DNA from: an uncultured delta proteobacterium
Lineage (GTDB): Bacteria; Myxococcota_A; UBA9160; SZUA-336
Length of the DNA: 64,000 bases
NCBI GenBank assembly: GCA_963704165.1
Contig: CAVPHD010000009.1
Location: 224,001 to 288,000 of the forward strand
Reading direction: 5' to 3'
Part shown: piece after piece, positions 12,656-23,325 of the stretch
Numbering within the stretch: position 1 is the stretch's first letter
Layout: the number at the start of each line of letters is the position of its first letter
Notes under the pieces: model-generated
The model's database searches: none
Told to the model about the DNA's origin: nothing
The model's input: only the letters and a program-made list of their open reading frames with translations
Position numbers and translations under genes: made by a program

Positions 12656-13222
12656 CCGCCGCCTGCGCCGGGCTCGGCCGCCTTTCGGCTCCATCGGCTT
12701 CGCCCCGGGGCGCTCGTGCACGCGAATCACCACGTCGCCGAGCGCACGCACGGTTCCCTTGCAGAGGTCGAAATAGATCGCGTTCGCCTCGACATCGTCG
12801 AGGCCGCGCCGCAGCGAGGCGCGAGTGCCCTCGCTCTTGCACTCCGCCGTGCAGGCCACGTTGTCCACCGAGGCTTCGGTGCAGCGCGCCTCGTTCGTGC
12901 CCTGCTTCATCACGACCGAGCCGCGCGCGGTGATCCGGTCGGGCCGCCCCGACGCGTCCTCGGGATAGACGGCCTCGAGCCAGTCGCACTCGAGGCTCAT
13001 GTCGCCCTGCGTGGCGCGCACGCGCTTGCTGAACACCACGCTCTCCTGGCCCGACTCGGTCTTCCGGCCCTCGGCCTCGTCCGACGTGATCACGAGCTCG
13101 GCGTTCGGCGTGAAGCGCAGGCCGAGACGATCGACCGCCTCGCCGGCCGAACTCGGCTCTTGCGCGATGGCCGCGACGGCGAGCGCGAGGATCGCGACGA
13201 AGGTCACCGCTGCACGCATCAT
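12652..13222 (-). CDS. lptA: LptA/OstA-family periplasmic beta-jellyroll protein (frameshift near 12683)
   Basis: Signal peptide, [32 protein letters not shown]; removing one A gives a stop at ATGA overlapping the lptB start. Confidence 0.8.
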
Positions 13223-13789
13223 CGATTCTCGACCTCGGCGCGCACGTCGCCGATCAGGCGAAGGCGGCGCTCGTCGAGTCCGAGCTTCATGCCATTCGCG
13301 CGAACCCGAAGGTCGGCACGTCGCAGCTCCACCGGCGTCGAGCTGACGAGCTCGCGGCTCGATGCGAGGTAGCGAATCGAGTCGGTGGTGAAACGCTCGC
13401 CACGCTGCGCGGTACCGACGACGCCGCCGGACAAGACGAAATCGTCCGCGTCGAGCTGCGAGTGCGCCGGCCGGGGCGGAGACCTCGATCCGGCCACGCG
13501 TGTCCTCGGAGAACGAGAGCTGGACCCGCTCGAGATCGGCGACTCTGGCGGTGAGATCGATCTTCGCCCGCTCCGCGGTGACCTCGAGCTCGCGGAGCTC
13601 GCCGTGATAGCCCTCGAAGATCACACCTTCGAGCTCCGCCGGCGGCAGCCGCAGCTCACCGGGTGGAGGCGCGTCGAAACCCTCGAGCCCCGTGCCGCAC
13701 CCGACGGAGAGGAGAAGAACGAGTGCCGCGGCGATCGCTCCGCCGCGAGATCGCCCTTCGGGTACCGCTGGCTCGGATTCATCCTGCAC
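13219..13789 (-). CDS. lptC: LptC-like protein (frameshift near 13465)
   Basis: N-terminal [12 protein letters not shown]...IEVSAPAG continues in another frame as [10 protein letters not shown]...FTTDSIRY...LVSSTPVEL...ANGMKL...LIGDVRA; upstream of lptA-lptB. Confidence 0.78.
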
Positions 13790-13833
13790 AAGCAAAAAGC
13801 ATACCGCGCGAATCCGGTGCGCGCCGCCCCGCG

Positions 13834-14094
13834 TCAGTCCGCTTCGGGCGCGGAGGTCTCATCGCCCAGATGCGTCTGTACACCGAACAGTGTGCGCAGG
13901 GGCTCGTGCTGGCCCAGCCACCAGGCCGGGTGGAAGATCAGCGTGTCGAGGATGACCCCGAACGGGTGAGCCGCGTAGGCGGCAATGCGCAGCGGATGGC
14001 CCGCGCGCCGCGAATCGTACCGCGTCGGTCCGGCCTGGGCCGTCAACGCGAGGCAGACCAACGACATCGCGATCACGATCGCTCGAGCGGACAT
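13834..14094 (-). CDS. Small secreted or membrane hypothetical protein (86 aa)
   Basis: AAGGAG SD before ATG; signal peptide ending [18 protein letters not shown]...IFHP. Confidence 0.75.
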   Translation of the reverse strand: MSARAIVIAMSLVCLALTAQAGPTRYDSRRAGHPLRIAAYAAHPFGVILDTLIFHPAWWLGQHEPLRTLFGVQTHLGDETSAPEAD

Positions 14095-14123
14095 CTACGA
14101 ACTCCTTCGCCTTGCAGGCTCCA

Positions 14124-14149
14124 ATCGGCACGGACGGGCCGGAGCTTGG
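14124..14149 (-). promoter_or_regulatory. Sigma28/FliA-WhiG-like promoter (copy 1)
   Basis: CCAAG-15 nt-GCCGAT on the minus strand, 29 nt before ATG 14094. Confidence 0.55.
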
Positions 14150-14150
14150 A

Positions 14151-14306
14151 GCCGCACTGCGGGGAGGATCTTCCCGATTCGGCCGATCGTCAACCACCCC
14201 GGGCACTTCGATCCCGCACCCGCACACGCCCGCGTGCGCCACCGGGCGGGCGGCCAGCGTCCGCAAACCCAAGCCCGAGCCGGGGGGGACCGCACAGCCG
14301 CACGGC
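14151..14306. ncRNA. Candidate structured RNA (rod with central bubble, 6S-like shape)
   Basis: Intergenic; 14169-14182 pairs with 14275-14289, 14158-14162 with 14290-14294, apical hairpin 14213-14250; by-eye folding in GC-rich DNA. Confidence 0.3.
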
Positions 14307-14333
14307 GTCGGCGGAGCACCTCGCCGCGCTCGC

Positions 14334-14825
14334 TCATCGGCTCTCGTAGCGGATTTCGAGCAGGGTGAAGCGCGCCCGTCCGGCCGGGCGATCGACCACG
14401 ATCTCGTCCCCCTCGGACTTCCCGAGCAGGGTGCGTCCGATCGGGGACTCGATGCTGATCAGGCCGCGGTCCACGTCGGTCTCGTCGGGACCGACGAGTC
14501 GATAACACAGCTCGGTGCCGGACTCGTCCTCGAGCGTGACCCACGCTCCGAAGTAGACCCGGTCGCGTGCGACCTGGCCCGGCTGCACGACCTCGAGCTG
14601 GTCGAAGCGCTTGCGCAGAAACTCGATCCGTCGGTCGATTTCGCGCAGACGCTTCTTGCCGTAGATGTACTCCGCGTTCTCCGAGCGATCCCCGAGCGCC
14701 GCGGCCGCGGTGACCTCGCGCGTCACGCGCGGCCGCTCCACGCGCCAGAGCTGCTCGAGCTCCGCCTGGAGCTTCTTCGCGCCCTCGGGCGTGATGTGGA
14801 TTCGTCGTCCCGGCACCTGCGCCAC
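14334..14825 (-). CDS. greB: Transcription elongation factor GreB
   Basis: HITPEG..KLQAELEQLWRVERP, AAALGDRSENAEYIYGKKRLREIDRR, VYFGAWV, ISIESPIG; GTG start at 14825 or 14816. Confidence 0.95.
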   Translation of the reverse strand: MAQVPGRRIHITPEGAKKLQAELEQLWRVERPRVTREVTAAAALGDRSENAEYIYGKKRLREIDRRIEFLRKRFDQLEVVQPGQVARDRVYFGAWVTLEDESGTELCYRLVGPDETDVDRGLISIESPIGRTLLGKSEGDEIVVDRPAGRARFTLLEIRYESR

Positions 14826-14868
14826 TTCGGCCGGATAGCGCGCGAATCCGGGGCTCGCTAGGGCACCG

Positions 14869-16053
14869 CTACGCGACCACACCGGCTTCGCGGAGCTGCG
14901 CGATCCCGTCCGCATCGACGCCGAGCTCGCGCAGGATCTCGTCGGTGTGCTCGCCGAGTGCGGGTGCGGGACGCGCGATCGCGGCCGGCGTGCGCTCGAA
15001 CCGAAGCGGCGGGCGCGGCTCGCGCATCCGACCCATGCGCGGGTGCTCGCTCGTGACGAACGTTCCGTTCGCGCGCACTTGCGGGTCGTCGGGCACGCGA
15101 TCGACGGAGAGAACCGGACCCGAAGGCACATCCTCGGCATCGAGCGCGGCCAGCACCTCGGCGATCGTCTTCTGCGTCGGCTCCGTACCGAGCTCGGCGA
15201 GCAATGCGTCGACGTTCTGCATCCGCGAGAGCGCGGTCGCAAAGCGGGGATCGGTCACCAGATCGGGGCGACCGAGAGCACGGAACAGCCCGTGCGTCTG
15301 CGCGTCGGTGATTGCCGCCACCGCGAAGTGTCCGTCCGCCGCATCGGAGACGCGGTACGTCGCGCCCAGGGTCGGAAGCCGCGAAACTCCGGGATCGAGC
15401 AGGGTCTCGTTCGCGCCGCCGTCGGGCCAGATCACCGAGATCGCCGCATCGAGCATGTTCGTGCGCAGGTGCTGTGCGCCCATTCCGCGCTCACGCGCGA
15501 GCAACGCCGCGGTGATTCCCTGCGCGACGACGAGTGCCGTCACCTTGTCGCAGATCGCGTTCCGGACGTGTTCGGGCCGTCCGGTTTCCGGATTCGCCTG
15601 CACGGCCGCGAAGCCGGTGATGCCCTGCAGAATGTGGTCGTAGGCGGGCTTGTGCGCGTACGGTCCGCTCGCGCCGAAGGCGCTGATCGAGACGTAGATC
15701 AGGTCCGGTCGCAGCTTGCGCAGCGTCGGCTCGTCGATCCCGAGCCGCTCGACGACACCGGGCCGGAAGTTCTGGATGAAGACGTCCGCCTCGGCGATCA
15801 GCCCGAACAGGAGCTCCTTCGCGCGCGCCTCGCGCAAGTTCAACACGATCGAGCGCTTGCTGCGGTTCGTCAGCGCGAAGAGCGCCGAGATCCCGCCCTT
15901 GCCCGTGCCGAGCCAGCGCATCACGTCGCCGAGTCCCGGCGGCTCGACCTTGATCACGTCGGCCCCCTGATCACCGAGAATCATGGTCGCGAACGGACCG
16001 GTGATCATCGCCGAGAGATCGACGATCCGGTAACCGTGCAGGGGTCCGGGCAT
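14869..16053 (-). CDS. CaiB/BaiF family III CoA-transferase
   Basis: GPLHGYRIVDLS, GPFATMILGDQGADVIKVEPP, NRSKRSI, QNFRPG, PAYDHILQ, APALGEHTDEIL. Confidence 0.93.
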   Translation of the reverse strand: MPGPLHGYRIVDLSAMITGPFATMILGDQGADVIKVEPPGLGDVMRWLGTGKGGISALFALTNRSKRSIVLNLREARAKELLFGLIAEADVFIQNFRPGVVERLGIDEPTLRKLRPDLIYVSISAFGASGPYAHKPAYDHILQGITGFAAVQANPETGRPEHVRNAICDKVTALVVAQGITAALLARERGMGAQHLRTNMLDAAISVIWPDGGANETLLDPGVSRLPTLGATYRVSDAADGHFAVAAITDAQTHGLFRALGRPDLVTDPRFATALSRMQNVDALLAELGTEPTQKTIAEVLAALDAEDVPSGPVLSVDRVPDDPQVRANGTFVTSEHPRMGRMREPRPPLRFERTPAAIARPAPALGEHTDEILRELGVDADGIAQLREAGVVA

Positions 16054-16102
16054 GTCGCCGATCATACGCGACGCGCCTCCGCGTCTGTGTTCCAATCGCG
16101 AA

Positions 16103-16534
16103 ATGACGAAGCCTTGGCGCCTCTCGCCCCTGCTCGCGTTCGTGCTCCTGCTCGCCTCGAGTGACGCTCGCGCGCAAGCGCCGGACTGGAACGAGGTCGC
16201 GGTGAAGGACACGATCGAGATCCTGACGCACGACGCGGATGGCGATCTGCGCGAGACGACCGTCTGGATCGGCGTGGTCGATGGCATCGGCTACGTGCGC
16301 ACGAGCGACTCGCGCTGGCGCGAGAACATCGAGCGCGACTCGGAGCTCGTGCTGCGCGTCGGCGATCGCGAGTACCCGCTGCGCGGCGAGTTCGTCACCG
16401 ACGTCGCGCTGCGCGCGCGCGTGAACTCCATCTTCCGCGCGAAGTACGGTTTCACGGACCGGATGCTCGGCTGGTTCGGCAACGAGGGTGGGAAGTTCCA
16501 GATCGCGCTCCGGCCGCGGCCCGAGAACCCCTGA
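16103..16534 (+). CDS. Secreted DUF2255-like / split-barrel protein
   Basis: Signal peptide; RETTVWIGVVDG.GYVRT, WRENI, FRAKYG resemble DUF2255. Confidence 0.65.
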   Translation: MTKPWRLSPLLAFVLLLASSDARAQAPDWNEVAVKDTIEILTHDADGDLRETTVWIGVVDGIGYVRTSDSRWRENIERDSELVLRVGDREYPLRGEFVTDVALRARVNSIFRAKYGFTDRMLGWFGNEGGKFQIALRPRPENP

Positions 16535-16537
16535 GAC

Positions 16538-17822
16538 GTGTCCGAGCCCGGCACGATCGGCGAAGCCGCGCGGGAGCTTCCCGTGCTCACCCGCACGGAC
16601 GTGCTCGTCGTCGGCGGTGGCACCTCCGGCGTGGCGGCGGCCGTCGCGGCTGCGCGGAGCGGCGCGCGCGTCGTGCTCGCCGAAGCGTCGAGCTCGCTCG
16701 GAGGCCTCGCCACGAACGGGCTGATCGCGCTCCTGCTCACGCTCGATGACGGCCGCGGGAAGCAGGTGATCTCGGGGCTCTGTCAGGAACTCGTCGAGCG
16801 CATGACCAGACTCGGCGGCGCCTTCGCACCGCCGCCGGAGCACTGGGGGCGTCCCGACGCCGAGCTCGTCTCCCGCTACGCGCGACTCGGGCTCGTCTGG
16901 GGAGGCGCGCGTGCGGATCACGTGGTGCGCTACTCGGTGGCCTACGATCCGGAGATCATGCGCGAGGCGCTGAACGCGCTGGCGACCGAAGCGGGAGTCG
17001 AGGTCCTGTTTCACGTCTGGGGGGCGCGCGCGCTGCTCGCGGGACGCCGTCTCGAGGCGCTCGCGTTCGAGTCCCGCGCGGGACGGCAGGCGATCACCGC
17101 GGACGTCGTGATCGACGCGACCGGCGACGGCGCACGTGCTCGCCTCGGCCGGCTGCGCCTTCGAGCTCGAACGCGTGCACCCGTGGCTGTGGTTCCGGAT
17201 CGGCGGCGTGACCGACGTCGACGCGGCGATCGCGGCCGGAGCGCCGATCTTCCGGACCACGAATCCGGGCCAGGCCCTGCTTCCCTGGGGCAGCATGGCG
17301 CGCATCGACCGCAGGATCGACGCGACCGACCCGCGCGAGCTCAGCTACGCGGAGCTCGAGTGCCGGCGGCTGGTCATGGAGGAGTTCCGCTCGCTGCGCG
17401 CGAAGTTCGCCGAGCTCCGCGACGCACACCTGTGCGAGATCGCGCGACTGATCGGGATCACCGAGAGCCGCAGGCTCGTCGGCCGCCGGATGCTGCGCCG
17501 CGAGGATCGCCAGAAGCCGCAGGCCGACGCGATCGCGATCACCGGCCACTGGACGAAGTACGGCGCGGTCTACGCGATCCCCTACGGCTGCCTGGTGCCG
17601 AACGAGATCGACAATCTGCTCGTCACCGGACGGTGTATCTCGGTCGATCACCAGACGCACAACGCGACCAAGGAGATCCCGCCCGCGCTCGCGACCGGCG
17701 AAGCTTCGGGGGTCGCGGCGGCACTCGCGCTGGACCGCGGCGGGCGATCGTTCGAGGTCGAGATCGGCGCGCTCCAGGAGCGGCTGCGCCAGCGCGGAGC
17801 GATCGTCGACTACGCCTTCTGA
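16538..17822 (+). CDS. FAD-dependent oxidoreductase (FAD_oxidored-type), frameshift near 17133
   Basis: DVLVVGGGTSGVAAAVAAAR, VIDATGDG; removing one C gives GDGDVLASAG, joining to GITESRRL, YAIPYGCLVP..IDNLLVTGRCIS. Confidence 0.88.
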
Positions 17823-18923
17823 GCGACCACGCTCGAGAGCACGACGCCACCGCCGGACCCGCCTTCGCCGTCGAGCGACTCGAGCAGTGGAAGCGCAGCG
17901 ACGAGCTTCTCGAGCGCGCGGCGCTGCGCGTCGCTGACGTTCCGGAAGGTCAGGCCGAGTCCGCGTGCCCCGTGGTCTGCAACGACCTCGGCTTCGAGCG
18001 TGAGCGGCGCGCCACCGTCCGCGCCGTACAGCCCGAGCGCGATCTTCATGCCCATGACGATGCCCCGGCTGACGCGCGATGCGGATCCCCGCGACCGAGA
18101 GATCGTGTCCGAGTACGACGCGCGGCGTGTTCGCGTCGGCGGCGGCGAGTGCCGCGACGCGGCGTCGATACGCTCGCCGCTCGAAGCGGCGTCGGTCGCG
18201 CCCCTGCGGAGGCACCAGCGCGGAGATCCGGGTCGCCGGATGTCCACCCGCGAGAATCGCTTCGAGCTCTCGCGCCGCTTCGGGCTCGATCGGATCGAGC
18301 GCGATGCCGACCGACCCGCCCCCTCGGCCCGTCGGACCTCGAGCCTTCGCGATGCGCACGACGTGGCCCGCGAGGCTCTCGAGCGCGCCGCCGCGCAGCT
18401 CGAGCGGAAGCTCGAACTCGAGCCGGTCGCCGACCGCGAGCGAAACCTCCGTTCGAAGCCGCGCGCCGCTTCGCGACAGGTCGACCAGCTTCGCGAAGTG
18501 GACCTGCTTGCCGTGCCGGAAGGTCGATCTCGAAGCCGATCGGAAGTCGCGGGACTTTGCGCTGTGCCTGCTGGCCGTGGAGCAGCATTTCGATCAGGAG
18601 TCCCAGCGACTCCTGATCCACGGCGCTGTGCACCAGGTAGTGAACCCCGAGCGCGCGCAGCCGCGCGCGCAACTCGCCGAAATCCTGACCGTGAATGCAG
18701 AGCCAGAGCGGGCCCGCTGACTCACCCGGCGGGCGCGACGAACTCGGGCATCGCCAGCGCGCGCCGTCCGCTCGTCACCAGGAGATCCCGGGCCTGCGGC
18801 ACGTCGCGCGCGCCCTCCGGCCCGCCGGCAGAGCGCGAAATCGCAGCCGAGGCGCTCCAGGATCACGCGCACGCGATCCAGCTCGCCGTCATCGAGCAGT
18901 ACGACCGAGGGAAGGCCGGCCAC
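17810..18923 (-). CDS. Pseudo-receiver plus tandem PilZ domain protein (about 4 frameshifts)
   Basis: Reconstructed across frames: VVLLDDGE...DLLVTSG; PilZ1 QRKVPR...KLVDLSRSGARL; PilZ2 RRRFERRAY...HDLSVAGIRI...AEVV...GLGLTF. Confidence 0.8.
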
Positions 18924-18930
18924 GACCGGG

Positions 18931-18958
18931 GTTTCGGCCCGTCCGCGGCCTCACTTGA
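18931..18958 (-). promoter_or_regulatory. Sigma28/FliA-WhiG-like promoter (copy 2)
   Basis: TCAAG-15 nt-GCCGAAAC ending 7 nt before the GTG start at 18923. Confidence 0.6.
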
Positions 18959-18971
18959 TGAGCCGGGTGCT

Positions 18972-19016
18972 GCGTCGCCGGGGCGGCCCGCTCGCTGCGG
19001 GGCACCCCGGCGACGC
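18972..19016 (-). terminator. GC-rich hairpin after the SCP2 gene, probable terminator
   Basis: Perfect 12-bp inverted repeat GCGTCGCCGGGG/CCCCGGCGACGC plus inner CCCGC/GCGGG, 7 nt after the stop; no U-tract. Confidence 0.6.
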
Positions 19017-19023
19017 GCAACTC

Positions 19024-19416
19024 TCAGGCCGAGGTCATCTCTTTGATCAGCTGCGAGACCTTCTGCGCCTCGGGGCTCGGCGGGCCCGCCATCTGCATCT
19101 GCATCAGCTTGGCCATGTCACCCTCGACCCGGATCTGGCCGGACATGAAGGCCGACATCACGGCCTGCTGATTCTGGTCGATCAGCATCGCGCGGGCGGT
19201 GTCGAAGGGAATCACGAGCTTGGTCGGGGCGTCGGCGGCGTGCCCCTTCACCAGCCGACCGGCTTCCATCCGGAAGGCGACATCGCCGCTCGGACCGCCG
19301 GTGACCTGCATGTTGATCTTCAGGTCCTTGATCGCCGCCGGAACCGGCGCGTTCACGTCGCTCTGGATCTTCTCGGTCTGGGTGAACCAGCCGTCGGAAA
19401 GAAATACCTCTGCCAT
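19024..19416 (-). CDS. SCP2 sterol/lipid-binding domain protein
   Basis: FLSDGW, AFMSGQIRVEGDMAKLMQMQ; GGAG SD. Confidence 0.88.
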   Translation of the reverse strand: MAEVFLSDGWFTQTEKIQSDVNAPVPAAIKDLKINMQVTGGPSGDVAFRMEAGRLVKGHAADAPTKLVIPFDTARAMLIDQNQQAVMSAFMSGQIRVEGDMAKLMQMQMAGPPSPEAQKVSQLIKEMTSA

Positions 19417-19486
19417 TTGCGAATCTCCTGTGGGGGTCGACGCCCGCGGAATTATCGACTCGGCGGCTCGCTCAACGCAAATCCCG

Positions 19487-20719
<1,233 letters not shown>

Positions 20720-20731
20720 GACGTCCTCCCC

Positions 20732-21824
20732 CTACACCAGCGTGAGTGCTTCGAAGCAGGCGAAGCCGCGCGCGTTGCGCAGCAGCATCTCGGGCAGGTA
20801 CTCGCGGATGTAGCCGTGCCCGCCGAAGACCTGCACCGCGCCGTCGCTGACCTCGAGCGCGACGCGCCGGACCTGCTGGATCGCGAGCGTCGCCTCGCGC
20901 GTGGCGTCTTCGCCGCGATCGAGCCGCCAGGCCGCCTCCCAGACGAGCAGGCGCGCGCCGTCGATCTCGATCGCCATGTCGGCGAGCTTGAAGGCGATGG
21001 CCTGCTTGGTCGCGATCGGCGCGCCGAACGCATGACGCTCTTTTGCGTAGTCGCGCGCGAGCTCGAAGGCCGCACGCGCGACGCCGACTGCGAGTGCCGC
21101 GAGGCCCACGCGCCCGCGCGCGACCAGCGCACGCGGCGATCCGCCGTGTCTCGCCGCCGAGTCGTGCAGACGCGGGAACGTGCACGCCGTCGAGCGCGAG
21201 CTTCGGCGGTCGCGAGCGCCGCGGATGCCGAGGTACGACTCCGGCGTCGCGCGCAGTCCGGACGCGTCGTGCGGCAACGATGAAGCCCGAGAGCGACTCG
21301 CCCTCACTCGCGAGCACGAGCACGTGTCGGATCGTCTCGGGCCAGGGCACCAGGCACTTCACGCCGTCGAGCCGCCAACCGTCCTCGACCCGGCGCGCTC
21401 GCGTGCGCGGTCGGTACGGATCGGAGTCGAAGCGCGGCTCCTGCAACGCGAGCGTTCCGAGCGCGCCCGGGCTCGCGATCGACGCGGGCAGAAGCTCCGC
21501 GCGCTGCTCGTCGCTGCCGAGATCGGCCACGGCATACGCGAGCAGTCCCGGTGCCAGGATCGCGAGCGCGAGCGAGAGATCGCCGAAGGCCAGCTCTTCG
21601 GCAACCAGCGCTCCGGTGAGCGCGCTTCGCGCGTCGCCACCGCCGAAGGCCTCGGGGAGTCCATTCGCGACGAGTCCGAGCTCGTGCGCGCGCGAGAGCA
21701 CCTCGGCGGGGATCTTTCCCGACTCGTCGGCTTCGCGCGCACGCGGCCGGATCTCGCTGCGCGCGAACTCCGCCACGGTGTCGCGGATCAAGACCTGTTC
21801 CTCGGTCGGCTCGAAATCGATCAC
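20732..21824 (-). CDS. Acyl-CoA dehydrogenase (FadE24-like), frameshifted around 21130-21280
   Basis: MIDFEPTEEQ...EELAFGDLS...LDGVKCLVP and, in another frame, YAKERHAFGAPIATKQAIAFKLADM...VQVFGGHGYIREY. Confidence 0.88.
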
Positions 21825-21850
21825 ACGCGCGAGTATGGCAGACTCGGGCG

Positions 21851-22282
21851 ATGACCGAGGGCGCGAGCGACGACGAGATCCGAAAGCTGCTCACCGAAGC
21901 GAGAACGATCGCGCTCGTAGGCGCGAGCCCACGCCCCGACCGCGACAGCCACGAGGTCATGGAGTATCTGCAGTCGCGCGGCTATCGGGTGATCCCCGTG
22001 AATCCGGTCTGCGCGGGCGAGGCGATCCTCGGCGAACGCGTGCGCGCGAGCCTCGCCGAGATCGACGAACCGATCGACATGGTCGACGTGTTCCGGAACT
22101 CGGAGGCGGCCAGCGCGGCGATCGACGAGGCGATCGCCGTACGTGCGAAGGCCGTCTGGACCCAGCTCGGCGTGGTGAACGAGCCGGCCGCGGAGCGCGC
22201 GCGAAGGGCCGGACTCGCGGTCGTGATGGATCGCTGCCCGAAGATCGAGATTCCGCGACTCAGGATTCCGCCCAGGCCTTGA
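21851..22282 (+). CDS. CoA-binding protein (YccU/YneT family)
   Basis: IALVGASPRPDRDS, GYRVIPVNP, IDMVDVFR, WTQLGV, VMDRCPKIE. Confidence 0.93.
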   Translation: MTEGASDDEIRKLLTEARTIALVGASPRPDRDSHEVMEYLQSRGYRVIPVNPVCAGEAILGERVRASLAEIDEPIDMVDVFRNSEAASAAIDEAIAVRAKAVWTQLGVVNEPAAERARRAGLAVVMDRCPKIEIPRLRIPPRP

Positions 22283-23171
22283 TCAGGTGATGTGCGATCG
22301 CCATGGGCGGTGGCACGAAAAATCCCACATCGGTCGTCGGGTCTCGAAGCGCCGCGCGCACGATCTCGCGCGGGAACCAACGCACGTCCTCGAGCTCGGT
22401 CTTGTCCACGGTGATCCGCTCGCCGTGCGCGAAGGCCATGCAACCGATCATCAACGAGGACGGGAATGGCCACGGCTGCGACGCGTGGTAGCTCACCTCG
22501 CCGACCGGGATCCCGGCCTCCTCCATCACTTCGCGACGCACGGCGTCCTCGAGCGTCTCGCCGGCCTCGACGAAGCCGGCGAGCGCCGACCACATCTTGG
22601 AGGGCCAGCCCGCCTGGCGGCCGAGCAGACAGCGCGCGCCATCGTGCACGAGCATGATCACGACCGGATCGGTGCGCGGGAAATGCTGCGCGTCGCACTC
22701 GTCGCACTCGCGCAGATAGCCGGCCTCCTTCACGGTCGTGCCGTGACCGCAGACGGCGCAGTAACGGTGGCGCGCGTGCCAGTCGAGCATCTGCCGACCC
22801 TGCGCGACGATCGACGCCTCGCCCGCGGGCAGACTCGACGCGATCTGGCGCACGTCGGCGAAGTTCGCGGCACCGGCGAGACCGAGCTCCGTCACCGGAT
22901 CGTGTAATGGCGAGAGGTCGACCGCGAAGTGCGCGAGGCCGTCGAGGAGCCCCAGGTAGACGGGCCCCGTGCGCGCGTCCATGACGCTGCGGATCGCCGG
23001 ATTCGCCCAGGCGAGCTCGGGCTTCTCCGCCTTGACCAACACGTTCAGACGATGGAAGGGCAGGAACCGGCTGGACTCGCTCTCGAGCGCGGACGCGAGC
23101 CACGCGCCGTCGCGGCGCAGATGGCTCGTCCGGTCGAGCGGGCTCGCAGCGAAGACCAGCGGGGACGACAT
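22260..23171 (-). CDS. nudC: NAD(H) diphosphatase NudC
   Basis: Zn finger YCAVCG...CDEC..HFPRTDPVVIM, Nudix box AGFVEAGETLEDAVRREVMEEAG, SQPWPFPSSLM. Confidence 0.95.
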   Translation of the reverse strand: MSSPLVFAASPLDRTSHLRRDGAWLASALESESSRFLPFHRLNVLVKAEKPELAWANPAIRSVMDARTGPVYLGLLDGLAHFAVDLSPLHDPVTELGLAGAANFADVRQIASSLPAGEASIVAQGRQMLDWHARHRYCAVCGHGTTVKEAGYLRECDECDAQHFPRTDPVVIMLVHDGARCLLGRQAGWPSKMWSALAGFVEAGETLEDAVRREVMEEAGIPVGEVSYHASQPWPFPSSLMIGCMAFAHGERITVDKTELEDVRWFPREIVRAALRDPTTDVGFFVPPPMAIAHHLIKAWAES

Positions 23172-23244
23172 CGCGCGGTCAGCGTACACGAACGCGCAAC
23201 CCGTGCGCAGGAGCGAACGAGAGCGACTCCACGCGACGCACGGC

Positions 23245-23272
23245 TCAAACTCCGCCGGCTCCGCGCCGAAAC
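23245..23272 (+). promoter_or_regulatory. Sigma28/FliA-WhiG-like promoter (copy 3)
   Basis: TCAAA-15 nt-GCCGAAAC upstream of the hypothetical gene at 23326. Confidence 0.6.
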
Positions 23273-23325
23273 GGGAGACCGAGGGGGAGGTCGAGACGCC
23301 GCTCGTGAGCGGCAGGGAGTCGGTC

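Noticed and set aside
10466..13795. 1109-aa ORF that looks like an LptC-LptA-LptB-sigma54 fusion
   Set aside because: Three separate indels explain it. Correcting them restores canonical C-termini and stops (lptB ...[12 protein letters not shown] overlaps), and a periplasmic-cytoplasmic fusion is topologically implausible.
22311..22330. TGGCACG as a sigma54 -24 element
   Set aside because: There is no TTGC at -12, and the site lies within nudC.
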